From NCBI GenBank assembly GCA_012295275.1, contig CM022665.1:24118001-24182000 (forward strand): a DNA stretch of 64,000 nucleotides, written 5' to 3'. Positions 14,803-27,255 of the stretch are shown here, one piece after another; position 1 is the first letter of the stretch; each line of letters opens with the position of its first letter. The DNA comes from Chrysomallon squamiferum (taxonomy: Eukaryota; Animalia; Mollusca). Both the position numbers and the translations under genes were made by a program. Under the pieces are notes generated by a model. The model was given only the letters and a program-made list of their open reading frames with translations, ran no database searches and was not told the origin of the DNA.

Positions 14803-16115
14803 TGAACTGAACTTTATTTACACTCTACTGTAAATGGAAATCCCAGCACCGATGTATATTTAACTACGCTGCAACAAATTTTAATATTAACTGTTGTCGA
14901 TCGCAAATTTTTTTATACGATGATGACTAGTCTCCGGGAAGATTAGGGACATTACTGGAATATAAATCTAGTTTCTCGTAGCAGTACGGGAAAGATTTTA
15001 ATATTATTTTCAGTTATTACGCAACATGTATCTTCTTTATAATTAAAGTGATGGTTTGCTTGAAGTTTTTTTTCAGGAGTGGGGAAGTTATGTTCCTTGG
15101 TTTCACGGAGAAAAAACAGGATATGAATTTTTAATTACTTTATGTTAGAAATATGACTTAAATTCCTGTTTTCTTTTAATTTTTAAAATTTTTTCGCAGC
15201 TGGCAGTATGCAGTGTTCTCTTTTTTTCTCTCTCTCTCTCTCTTTACATAAACATATTACGTAAGCATTGCTTTCTCTTGGAAATTACTGCACTTTTTCT
15301 CACCATCGCGTTTCTCAAAGAGCGGTTTGAAAACACTTAAAACTGAATGTAGTATCATCTATCAGACCAGGTGTGCAGCGTTTGTCTTCATCGTTGATAG
15401 TTACAACACCTACCTGGTTTGTATAGTTAACCTTTCAGCGTGTTAGCTTCATTAAAACTCTTTTTTTTTCCCCTTCGCTTTCTAATACGCTGCTGCTTTC
15501 ACTCCGCGATGATAAATGAAATGTAACTGTTGGAAGTGTTATATGGAGGCAGGAACGAGACGTCTCGTCTAAGACGTAATACTGACAGTGCAATGTGTGA
15601 ATTTTCTTTAAATTATTATTATTTTTTCGTTTTGTTTCTTAATTATTTTCTTTATTTTCTTTCTATGGTTCTTGGTTTTTTTCTTTGTGTCATTTAGTTT
15701 TTAGCTTCTATTATTTTCCTTCCTAATGGCTTTTTTTTTGCCTTTCTCTCTTTCATTTAAATTTGTACCGAATTTTCCCATTAAGCATTAATCAGTTTTC
15801 ATTAAAATAAGATATGTACAATTTTAAAGCTAAAAGAAAAAAAAGAAAAAAAAAAGAATGATTCATCGACCACCATGTCAAAGATTAACATTATAAATAT
15901 TCAAAATGTAATTTTCAGAAGAGTTTAAAAGAAAAGAAGAAAACAAAATGTTAAGAAAAAAATTAAAAAATTAAATATTAAAAATAGTAATAAGAAAACA
16001 ACAACAAAAAATATAATTTACGACATTCATCAAGTGCATAACATTTATATTCCGGAATATGCTTATATAAATAAAAAAATTTTTTTTTATTAGATATATT
16101 TACCTCTTTACCTCG

Positions 16116-16156
16116 TGAAGATGTAGGACACGAGGTCACCGTGTCCTACATCTTCA
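16116..16156. repeat. Perfect 17-bp inverted repeat with 7-nt loop
   Basis: TGAAGATGTAGGACACG-aggtcac-CGTGTCCTACATCTTCA. Confidence 0.95.
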
Positions 16157-16354
16157 TTGTGTTAAAGTTTAACGAGCGTCACTGCGTACGTCAAGAGTAA
16201 GTGAATGAAGTATATGTCAGCTAGTTTGAAATGCGCGTTTATACACTGACGTTTTACGTGTGTCTGTCGAGGCACACAGTCGAAGAGCCAAGGTTGCCCG
16301 CCCACGTGTTTGTTAGCGTGTTAGAAAGTTAGAGAGAAGACAAACAATTTTATC

Positions 16355-16620
16355 TTGCATTCTTTCCTTCATACTTTCTTCTTTTTCTTCTAAAGTTACA
16401 TTCTTTTACACTTTCTTCAAGTCGCATTCTTTATTTTATACGTTATTTCTTTCCAGTTTCATACTCTGTTTTTCGTTACATTCTTTCTTCATTCTTTTTT
16501 TTTCTAATTGCATTCTTTCTCTCTATTTTCATTCCTACTTTCATAGTCTATTTCAGCTTGGATTCTTTCTTCCTGTTACGTTCTTTTATACATTTTTCTT
16601 TCTTGCTCCTTGCATTTTGA
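16355..16620. repeat. Highly degenerate pyrimidine-rich tandem repeat
   Basis: Recurring TTGCATTCTTT / GTTACATTCTTT words at irregular spacing. Confidence 0.5.
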
Positions 16621-17089
16621 TTTATTTTTTTAAATTATACTGCTTTGTCTTGATCTTATTTTATTCAGCAGTTATTTCTGTTTATTTATTTTATATTTTC
16701 TTTATTTATTACATCAGTATTTTCTGTATACTCGTTTCTTTGTACTTATATATATATTTATTATTCGTTCGTTTATCCATACATTTTTGTTTTCGATTTT
16801 TGTTTCCTACTGACGTTTGTTTGATATATCCCTTCTCCTTACATGCTTTTATATTTTTAAAATGTTTTTTTCATTTTGATTTTTTTGAAATTTTTTCTTT
16901 CATACATTTTTTCATACCGTTTGGAGCTCTTTTCAAAAAATATCTTTGTAAAGTAATAAACTTATGAAATGCACTTTTCTGTCATAATGGATAGTTCTGA
17001 TACGTGAAGTGTCAAAGGATCGACCAAATACAATGACTGAAATAGAAAAAGGTAGAGAGCTTGACCAAGTTGTATAGAGCATGACCGTG

Positions 17090-17189
<100 letters not shown>

Positions 17190-18003
17190 TGATGTTCTCA
17201 GAATAATATCTGAAAATTAGTTATTCCATGACACTGAACAAAAAAGGAAAAAAATGTAGTGCTTATTATTTATTTATATGTTCCGGGTACGACTAATAGA
17301 GACGTGACAATACTGACATGCAAAGTAAAACACAGGCGCGACTGACGAGCGTTCTCGATGAAGTGGAACACTTGATAATACCACTGTTTTGACAGCAGTT
17401 TATGGAAATTGTTTTTACAGCTTCAGTTTTATCTGAACTCAGTTGTGTATGGGATATACATTTGTAGTCTTTAATGTTTGTTGTTTTGTTCAGTTGATTT
17501 ACATGTAACCGAGATGGTGGTGTGTTTTTTTTTTTTTTTTTTTTTTTTTTTCTTCTTCTTTTTTCTATTTTCTTTTCTTTTCTTCGTAGCATTTCTTTGT
17601 TATTGTTGGGATTGTTATTCTGATAACTGTAACAATGCCAATAAATTTTGTTTTGTTTGTTTTTTTTTTTTTTTTTTTTTTTCTTTTTTTTTTTTATCGT
17701 GTCCAAACAGCTTATTTTAGGAAAGGATTTAATGTATGGAAATATACAGATAATAAAATAAAAAAATAAAAAATAAAAAAATAAAAAATCTTAGGGATCA
17801 CAGAGTATTCAATTTTTTTGTCATTGTTTTTCAACGACGTCATAAAGACATGGAATTTTTTCTGTACAATAAATTACGGTTTTTGCTTTCCTTGGCAAGC
17901 ATTCATATTATTAGAATGACTGTAGTCACTGCAAAACATGACACCCACTAACTTTTTTGTTTAGTATATTCAAATATTAACTACCCTTATTAAAACTGTC
18001 TCT

Positions 18004-18006
<3 letters not shown>

Positions 18007-18040
<34 letters not shown>

Positions 18041-18148
18041 TTAGATAATGATAACGATTTAAATTATGCCAATGCTAACATATAAAATGAGGTCAGTCGA
18101 TCCTTTAACCACATCTCGGACAAACGTTGTACCACTGAGCTACAGACC
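18007..18148 (-). mobile_element. Decayed tRNA-derived SINE-like fragment
   Basis: Minus strand reads GGTCTGTAGCTCAGTGGTACAACG (Pol III A-box, tRNA D-arm-like), then GGATCGACTG (degenerate B-box), then a poly(A) tract about 50 bp further (poly-T at 18007-18039 on +). No cloverleaf. Confidence 0.5.
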
Positions 18149-19097
18149 ATTCGTTCTTCTAAAAATCACAATTTGCTATAAAAAGGCCAATAAGCGTTCA
18201 AAGAAACAGCGATAGAAAATTGAGATTGATAATCTTTTAATTTGTTTTTATGGTCGAGACAGTTTTGCAGCACGCCGGAGAATTTGGCAAAATGGAAGAA
18301 TTCTTTATTTGGGAACGATTCCGAAAAACGATAGAAGCAGATTTATCGGCTGCGAGCTAACCTCTGTCTTTAGCGACAATATATTTGAAACCTCGTTACA
18401 AAAACGTGCAGACGGTTAGATTAAAATAAGCTTAAATCAACATAAATTTCTTTAATAGCTACCAGCTATGATTTCTGCACATTTGCCCAACACCCTAGGA
18501 ATATTACATTATCTTTATTTGACAGTTGTCCTGACTCTGTCAAATTGACCGTACCATTATTGTTATTGTTAGTTTTATTGGTGTTGATTGTCTCAGAGTT
18601 TTGGTTTTGATGGTCAAAAATTATATTTTTCTTGGGCAGCCAATTTCCATTCAGATTTATTTGTCAGTTTATTTCAAATTTTCAAATTCTGAAGTACAGT
18701 ATATTATAAATATTCGATATTTGATTCGTTTTGTGCTAAGATTCAGAAAAATGCTGGTACGGTTGTAATATCAAATAAAACCTATGATATAAAGTGGATG
18801 AGATAAATTTCAGTCTTTATTTGTAAGTTTCTTTCAGTGCCTCTCTGCGACTTTCTCTCCTCTCTTTGTCTCTAACACTGTGTTTCTCCTTCTCACACTT
18901 TCCTCTGTCTCCCATCTTCTCTTTCTCCCCTTAATACATTCTGTTGTCTATTTTCTACTCTTTATCGAATAAAGCAAGAATTTATCAAATTGTTTTCTTG
19001 TAGCATTCAATAGAATTTGTTTTAATAAAAAAAAATATAATTTCTGACAGATGGTAAAAAGACTCCAACAGTTATACTTGTCGCATCTGGAACCCGT

Positions 19098-19447
19098 GTT
19101 TGATCTAACAACATGCTAATAATAACGATAAAAATAATGTTGATCAAGTAATACCAGGAACATGACAGTCGACCCAAAAATCAGTTCTTAATGAATTACA
19201 CTGAAGAGCTGATGTCCAGATTGGATGAAAAAGGTCGCACTTTGGGCATCTTGGCTAAGCCGTGGACTATCACAGGCGATGCGAGAGATAGCAGAATAAT
19301 TAATGTGTCGTTTCATCACATGTGTTTATTTACATCAAATTAACAGAAACTGGAATCAGCCACGTATTCATGTATAACGATAGCTTCTGAATGGACGATT
19401 GCTTGATCTTGAAGCTGGATTTTTGGTGAATGTTTTTGAGGTCAGAC
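19098..19447 (-). repeat. Right arm of long-range diverged inverted repeat
   Basis: Reverse-complement partner of 14460-14802; perfect core at 19188-19237 and perfect block at 19415-19436. Confidence 0.95.
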
Positions 19448-19967
19448 GTGACAAAACGAGGGCAAGCCGATCCGGTCAGCAAAGCAATTTCAGATAATAA
19501 TTAAAATGTTATGAGATATTGTTCCTAAAAGAACCAAATAGTATAATAATATTATATTCACAGCTGTTCTTTTGGGAATTATGTTTCATCTTGATACATT
19601 TTTTATTTTTTTTTTTCTCAGTTTATTTTGATGATCTAAACTGTTTTGAGTTTTCAACTTATTTGTAGAAAAAGTCAGGAATTGTTATGTAATGAAAAAG
19701 AAAAAAACACATGTAAAAGAAGAGTAATTTAGCTGATGGGTGAAAAGCCTTAGTGTATGTTGTCCAGCCCATTAAGGTGATTGGCATCTCGAATGAAAAG
19801 ATCGAGAAGGATTATTCGGGCGAGAGGCCATCTGGGGTATTGCCTTTGTCGGCGATCAAATGGACGTAACTCAAGTGACACAAGACAACCATTTATCACG
19901 GGAGTAAATCAGTGTTGAACAAGCCGCGGTCCTCGTTGGCGACGTCGGTCTTGTTGGCTGATCCGCC

Positions 19968-19985
19968 GCCATGGTTAACCATGGC
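19968..19985. promoter_or_regulatory. Perfect 18-bp palindrome with overlapping RFX X-box-like halves
   Basis: GCCATGGTTAACCATGGC is self-complementary. It resembles GTTRCCATGGYAAC, but the RFX assignment is inference. Confidence 0.3.
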
Positions 19986-22900
19986 AAATATCATTAATGG
20001 TTGTGAATTGCGTTTTTCTTTCTCAGATTTTTGTTTCTTCCAGTACGTGTTATTATTGTTGTTTTTCTAATTTTATGATAGTTATTAGTATTTTTTTTAA
20101 ATAAACTATCTGAATGGTAGAATAATATACTAAGTCTTGAGGTCTGATTTCTGTAATAAAATATATTTTATAAATTGACATATTATGTAGAATATCATAC
20201 CAATCAAACTGTTACCATGTCGTTCTGAACTGACTCAATTTTCATATGCATACCTAAACCATAATAAAGCATATTAAAAGTTTGCATTTTCTAGATAGGA
20301 GTATGAAATTCATAAGGCAAGCGTAAATATACTTCATAACCGTGAGAATTTTTTCCTACTCTGTCGTTACCCCACCACACAGCCGCCACTATCATCATTA
20401 ATATCGTCAGCGTCGTCGTCGTCGACGTCGTCATCTAACTTTGTGAAAAAAGCAAAATATACTAAAAGTGTCAAAGATTATATTATGTCAGAAACGACAT
20501 TGTACTGGATGATGGTTTTAAAATATGATACCCACCTTTATGTCTCAAAATCTCAAAATACGTTATTAGCTAACTTTAATTCTGGCTGAGACCAGACGAG
20601 AAATTTAGAATTTTATGACTTTCTGTTCTGTCACTTTTGATGAGACATTTACACAAGCTCGTAATTAAAAACAAAACGTAACCTTCAAACTCAGAATATT
20701 TTTTTTTTTTTTTAAAGTTTTATTCTATTTAACATTTGAATTTAGGCATCCATTAAACGTCACCTCTGAACTCAGAAGTGAAGGGTATTTTTTTGGCGTG
20801 AAATGGACTTAATATTTCTTGCCACTCTGATTATACTTGTTTAACATTATGAATAATTTAAGCACCGTGCCTCTTTCTTTCTTTCAAGCATTTCAGACGC
20901 AGACTTCAAATGCAAACTAACATGAAATATCGAAGGGTGATATGATTTTAATATCCACTATCACGGGTCGCCAGCTGTGGCTGCACAAACCACAAACTTC
21001 CTGGCCCTGGGCATTGTTTCTTGCAGAGAAACTAATCTGCATAAGCACACATTTTGGCGGCTTTATTAATAAATTCGAGTTCATTGAGTAACTCGCATCT
21101 GAACGTAATGGCCATAATGAAATAGTGGCGAGACAAAGTTTCTGGCTGGCTTGTCCATTTATCAAACAGACAGAAGCCATGAGGATTAGGTAAGGGTCAC
21201 CTATGACGACACAGGCCATGTTTGGTCCATCTGGGCGCACGTGCCTTGAGGACAATGGCTTCGCGTCTGGGCAGTTACTCTGTCGACAGAGGGGACGATA
21301 AATCATGGCCTAATATAGAAAGTTAAAGCCGGAATAATGGGAAATACGGAAGGAAGTTCCGCTCGCGTCCACTTAACTCGTCATAATTAGTCTGAAGTTA
21401 TTGGCATTGTTCTGTTTTTATCAAGGGGTCTCATATTTTTAGGTTTTTTGGCTTCTTGTCAAATGGGATGATTTTAATCAGGAGCGAGTGAAAAATTCCC
21501 TTTCTTTTACCACGGAAAATGCCCATGAAATTGTAATTTTGTTCCATGCAAATCCCGTGAAATATGGAATTTTTAAATAGGGTGTGGAAATTTTAGAACT
21601 TTTTATAACCTTAGCTTCGCTTGGAACTGTTCTCGATATTATTCCAGTAATAGAGAACAAAATGACAAAAGTTTATTTTGCATGTTGCAGTCGAATTACG
21701 TTTTACAAACTGAAACTTAGCTAGGGAATAATGTTTAAATGTGGATAAGGACAAATACTGCAACAAAATGTTCTATAATAATGCCATACATGTACGCGCT
21801 CACACACACACACACACGCACTCACACACTCAGTTACCATCAGTGAAAGGTTTACGAAAAAGATTTTCACAACGATGGCCAATAAATGATATAATGTACC
21901 CATCAATAAATTACTGAATAGTATGAAACGCAGAATAGTATATTTACTATTGTTGTACTGTCAAATGAAATACTAACCAGACTTTAACGATCTGAATTAT
22001 GAGATACAAAAAATGTTACAACAAAATGTTTCTGATAGTTTTTGTGTGTAATAGAATTCCTGCTGATGGTTGGAATATTGATTACATTTTTAAACCGCTT
22101 TAGAATAAATATTTTTAAACATTGTATGCCTGGCGTTTAGATTATTTTCCTTTACATTAACATCACAAGATATATATTAAATCAGTGTTATAAGACAGAC
22201 TGGAAAAGGTGACACATATTGCATTTGTTTGTTTGTTATTTGTTAATGCAACTTAAAAGTACTTTACTTTTGATACAGCTGGATGCTGAGTAATTTCGTC
22301 AGCATCAGAATTCAATTTTCACTGGTTTGCGTACATTTAAATAGCTCATTATTTTAAATGTTGCTTCCCATTACTTATGCATTTTCTAGATATCGTCAAT
22401 TATTTTGTCCAGAATTTACCAAGAATGTAAGCTGAGACCTCTAAGACAGACATTATTGCGTTTCCTGAAAAACGAACTGATACATATTTTTTTCAATAAT
22501 TTTGGAACGTTAATTATAACCCATAAGAACTGATAGTTTCAAAACGTGGGTAAAACGCTCGTAACTAACGTCTTCAATTACTCTTTTCAGAGGTGATGAC
22601 GGGAAGTAAACCAAGTGGGTCTGTGCCCATAAATATAGCAATAAACATCCAGCATTTTCATAATTAACTCTAAAAGTTTTCAGTGCAATTTACCTAACCG
22701 CACCTATTGATATCTCCGAGTTCCAATAAATGAAGTATATGTTGCGAAGTTAATTTTATTGGCAAAAAACGTAATTGTAAGAAATAACAAACTGATTTTT
22801 CTATCGAGACGCAATTTGAACATCCAACATTTGCATGTTTAATTATAATTTGTGCCAGGTTTGTTCTTTGTAACCCCAGTAGCGCCAAGAAAAGAATTTA

Positions 22901-23310
22901 AATAAATGGTATTTACTCTATATCACGTGAAAAGAAAAGAATTTGAGATCATAAGTAATTATATAATGTAATGATTTAGTGTTTAATACCCGAAAAATTC
23001 GGCTATCGCACGTTGTGGTGTATAATTTTTGAAAAAATCTGATTTAAAGTGGTTGGAAAATAAGACAAAATTCATAACGGTAATGTAACAAATTAGATTA
23101 CGATAAATATCTAAAGTGTAATTTGAATATGAAAAATATATTGGTCTTCTTATAATTATATATATATACATAACAATTATCACCTAGGAAAGAAAATTAC
23201 TATATCATTATTTATACATACCCCCCACACACAGTGTAAAATGTATAATTAAAATTACAAAATATATTAGTAAAAAAACCTATAAATTCAAATATAGGAA
23301 AGTAAAATAA

Positions 23311-23336
23311 ACACTCACACACATACACACACACAC

Positions 23337-23420
<84 letters not shown>
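23311..23420. repeat. (AC)n followed by (AG)40
   Basis: Read directly. Confidence 0.95.
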
Positions 23421-23423
<3 letters not shown>

Positions 23424-25988
23424 CTTTATATAAATTCACAATAAATCTAAAACAAGAAATCTCTGTACCGAACTTGAAGATATTTGTGAGAAGTCCAATA
23501 ACTTGAACAAATCATAACTCAAATTTGATCACTCTAGTCAGTCTTTCATTACATTACTGTCACCATTGCAGTGAAGATTCAATTGGCAGACAATAGAAAC
23601 TGACGTTTTTCCTCGCTTAGATGTTTTACTACCAGTGTCCATTCCGAGGAGAGGTCTTCCAAAGGCGATGTATGTCAACAACAAATTCGCCCAAATGCAA
23701 TTAGGTCTGTCAAGATAATTACAAAAATAATCCTCCGCCAATCGATCAACGGACTGACAAAGGGTAAATAAATTGTGTCGATGCCAACACGGCGAGTCGA
23801 CTAATAGGAATTTCAGGAAGAGGTCCCTATGGGACCAGTGAAGGATTAAACTGTGTAAGTGAGCGTGGGATACGATACCAGTTTGATGCAGCTGACTGGA
23901 TAAGTTTCAGACGGAACAAATAATCATCAAATTCCGTATTGTCTGGGATAGCTTATGGTACATCAGTAATTTGTCTCCTGCTCTTTTTCTTTTTTAACGG
24001 CTTATTGTATTCTCAGGTATTTTTGCATCCAAACAGTGCTGGTATTTCTAAGAGGTCCACTTCAATTAATCCGGTTTAAGAGACGTATTAACTTATTAGA
24101 AGGGTTCAAAAGACGTGCATTGTTTGAACTGTTTGTACGCACTCAGTGTACGCTTTATTGTTTTAAGTGTAAAAATTAATTGAATTAATCTCGTTACAGC
24201 TTATGAATATAGACAACAATTTAGATTATTTTACGGTAATAGTATAATAATAGTAGAAAGAAATAAAAATTATGTATTTGTGTGAATGTAATAAAATTGA
24301 GAAATAACGGACAAACAGGTGATGTAAAAATGAAAGAAACTTTAAGCCAATCAAGTTTATTAAGAAATGTAGTCATAACTGTTCTAGATACAAATGCATT
24401 CATTGCATTACTATGTTAATACATCTTAGTCTCTTAACTTCTTAAATAAAGCCTAGAGTATATGCTTTTTCGCTATTCATTTTCCTATATTTTAAACAGA
24501 AGAAAGATACCATTCTTTATAATGCTTTTATTTACTGTATATAAAGTAGCATGTCGCGATTAGGAAGTATAATGAAGCTTACAGACAGGCAATTAAACAT
24601 TAAAGGTGACCACTTTTTAACAAACTGTCGAGTTTTAGAAACTAATTATGCGATTCCAACGTAAAATGACATTTAATCATTCGAAAAACCTAGAGGACAT
24701 TTCCACTGGTTAAAAAAGGGTTATTAAACGACTAGATTGTTTGCAATATCCATCATCATTCTGTGTTATTTCCGTAAGCATTGCTTGCAAAACGGCCGAT
24801 ATTAGTAAAAGTCCTCGTTCGTAGCCAATATAAGACGAAGATCATATTGCCCAGTCAGCACATTTTTCAATAAAGTGTTAGAAATCTCTCGATATTGGAA
24901 TTGTCTTCAAGCAATAGAGCTAGACAGTCTTCAAATCTTTCAACATTTGATTTTCGAAAACATGCCGTTTAATTTAAAAAATGTCTTCACTCTCTCTCTC
25001 TTTCTCTCTTTGCCATCTCGCGTAGCCAGATCTTTCCTAGCTCATTAAAATTATCTTGCCATAAAGGAAAGTAATATAATTGTACTGAAAATAGATTTAA
25101 AATGTTTACAAAAGGTCATTTCCCGGCCGATCTGATGCTTAAGATCAAACTCATAAAGCTTTAAAGATTCTCTTTAAACTCGACTTGTTGTAAATGCTTT
25201 TTTTCTTACCCAGGCAAGTTTCCTTCAGTTAAAAGCTTCGGGAGAGATTCTAAATTTGTAAGAAAAGTCGTAAAATCTCCGCCAATCCTTTGATTATTGT
25301 TGGTATCCCGAAGGAACGATTGCTTCACTTTTTTACAGTAGCGGTAAACACATCATTAGTTCAAAGTCGAGAATGTAGCATGTGTTTTTATAATGATATT
25401 TTTATACAAAATCCACAAAAGATAACATTGTATGATGTTTATGACTTGGGCTTAAAAGGTTGTGAATGAGATATTGCTAGGAGTGATGTTGTGGTGATGA
25501 ACATGCAAAGCTAAATGAAGAATTGAAAAACTAACTAAAAGTGTTAAGTCAGAACTTTTATACTAAAATAAACCCCTAGACAAAAAACACATTTAAAAAA
25601 AAATTAAAAAAAAAAAATTAAATTAAAAAAAAAAAAAAAATTATAATAATAATAATAACAAAAAATAATAAAAATCTCACCAAAAAAAAAAAAATTCTAA
25701 AAACATTAATTGTGATGGGAAAAAAAAAAGCGATGAAAATAAGAAGCAAACATTCAAAAAACTTTTTTATGATTTACTAGTTCACAGACGATGACTGAAA
25801 AATGTATTTATTTCACAGTCCGTAATAATTCATTTTGTTTTCAGATTACTTTGTGCTTCTTTGTAATAATTCTTGTTAGCAGTTATGATAAATAGAAGAA
25901 GATCATATTAGTTATTTAAGACTGTTACATTTTTAAATTATTGTTCATCAGGGAAAGAATCCTGACTATTTGTAAATGTGATCATACC

Positions 25989-26030
<42 letters not shown>

Positions 26031-26497
26031 TTATTTTATTTATTTATTTATTTTTTTAATTCGTTGTTACACTGTAAAATGTAAAAATCGAAAGATTTAT
26101 TTTATTAAAAAATATGATTTCTGGCAGAAGTATACTGAATATTTATCTTCAATAAAGCATGGTTTTACAAGATTTCAACAAAAGATGCAATCATCGAAAG
26201 CATCTAACGAAACCGTCTGTTTGCAAATTACATGAGGGCCTACTCTAATTTTTATGGTAAAATATACGGGTAGAAAGTAATTAAATATTTTACTGTATGC
26301 TATATATTTTGTGCACTATCTAAACATTTGCCATCTACATGGGAGGTCTTAGGCATCCATTCAAAGCACATGGAAATTTTAAGACCTCTAATATCTGTCT
26401 ATATCTGCTACAGTCCGTTAGTGTGTTCATCTGTAAACCGCTCCTTCTAGCAAGCATCTTCTCTGGGCAGCTGGAATTATCAGGCTTTCGTTCAGGT

Positions 26498-26500
<3 letters not shown>

Positions 26501-26578
<78 letters not shown>
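26501..26578. repeat. (CT)n microsatellite
   Basis: Read directly. Confidence 0.95.
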
Positions 26579-26580
<2 letters not shown>

Positions 26581-26940
26581 ATTATTTCTTTTTCTTCAGA
26601 ATTTTTTTCTTACTGTCTCTATTTTTTTTACTGTTCCTCAAAATAATTACTTTCGGCAACTGTTTGCTTTGCTCCTGATATTCCCCTCAGAAGAGCACCG
26701 TTGACATGCACCGATGATAACAGGTGTACGACTCGATAATTGCAATTACTCTTTTTTCATAGTGACGTTTGTGACATACCAAAACAATTGGTCCCTTGTT
26801 ATCAGGAAGCAGTCAGTTTTTGCTGTAAACTGGCGACCAGGATACTTTCGTTATCGCTAGTTGGCAATCTAATATTTATCCACATATATTTATAAAAACA
26901 CAGTTCAACGATTCTGCCGGTTTGTGTGAATAAATTATGG

Positions 26941-27255
26941 TAGAAATATATTCTTTATTTTATACGATTTATGTAGCTATGTAGTTAATAGAAGTAAAAT
27001 CAGTTTTCTAAATCATAGAAAATATATATATTTTTTTCATTTTATATGATTTATGTAGCACTATAGTTAATTGAAATAAAATCAGTTTTCTAAATCATAG
27101 AAAATAAATTCTTCATTTTATACGATTTATGTAGCTATGTAGTTCATGGAAGTAAAATCAGTTTTCTAAATCATAGAAATAAATTCTTCATTTTATACGA
27201 TTTATGAAGCTATATAATTAATAGAAGTAAAATTAGTTTTCTAAATCATAGAAAA
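26941..27255. repeat. Minisatellite, 4 tandem copies of a 75-82 bp unit plus a partial copy
   Basis: Unit TAGAAA...TTTTATACGATTTATGTAGCTATGTAGTTAATAGAAGTAAAATCAGTTTTCTAAATCA starts at 26941, 27016, 27098 and 27174. Confidence 0.95.

Noticed and set aside
15555-15568. 14-bp palindrome ACGAGACGTCTCGT and other short stems (e.g. 7707-7747, 22282-22306, 43812-43837)
   Set aside because: Arms of 7-9 bp are within chance expectation for 64 kb.
16116-16180. Helitron 3' terminal hairpin
   Set aside because: No CTRR terminus at the expected ~10-12 nt distance on either strand.
18089-18148. Functional tRNA gene
   Set aside because: Only the D-arm/A-box is recognisable; there is no acceptor or anticodon stem and the T-loop is degenerate.
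19201-19240. Hammerhead ribozyme-like core (CTGAAGA/CTGATG-GTCCAgatTGGAT-GAAA) in the conserved repeat core
   Set aside because: CUGANGA is not correctly joined to stem II, and stems I and III cannot be formed around the downstream GUC. An Infernal search with hammerhead models would settle it.
21460-21590. MITE remnant with CCGTGAAA-like subterminal repeats
   Set aside because: Only a few loose words, with no TIR pair or TSD.
24001-24025. Recursive splice site (TCTCAG|GTATTT)
   Set aside because: The regenerated donor is weak and such words are expected by chance in AT-rich sequence.
26941-27255. CRISPR array
   Set aside because: Whole units are homologous with no unique spacers, there are no cas genes, and the context is eukaryotic.
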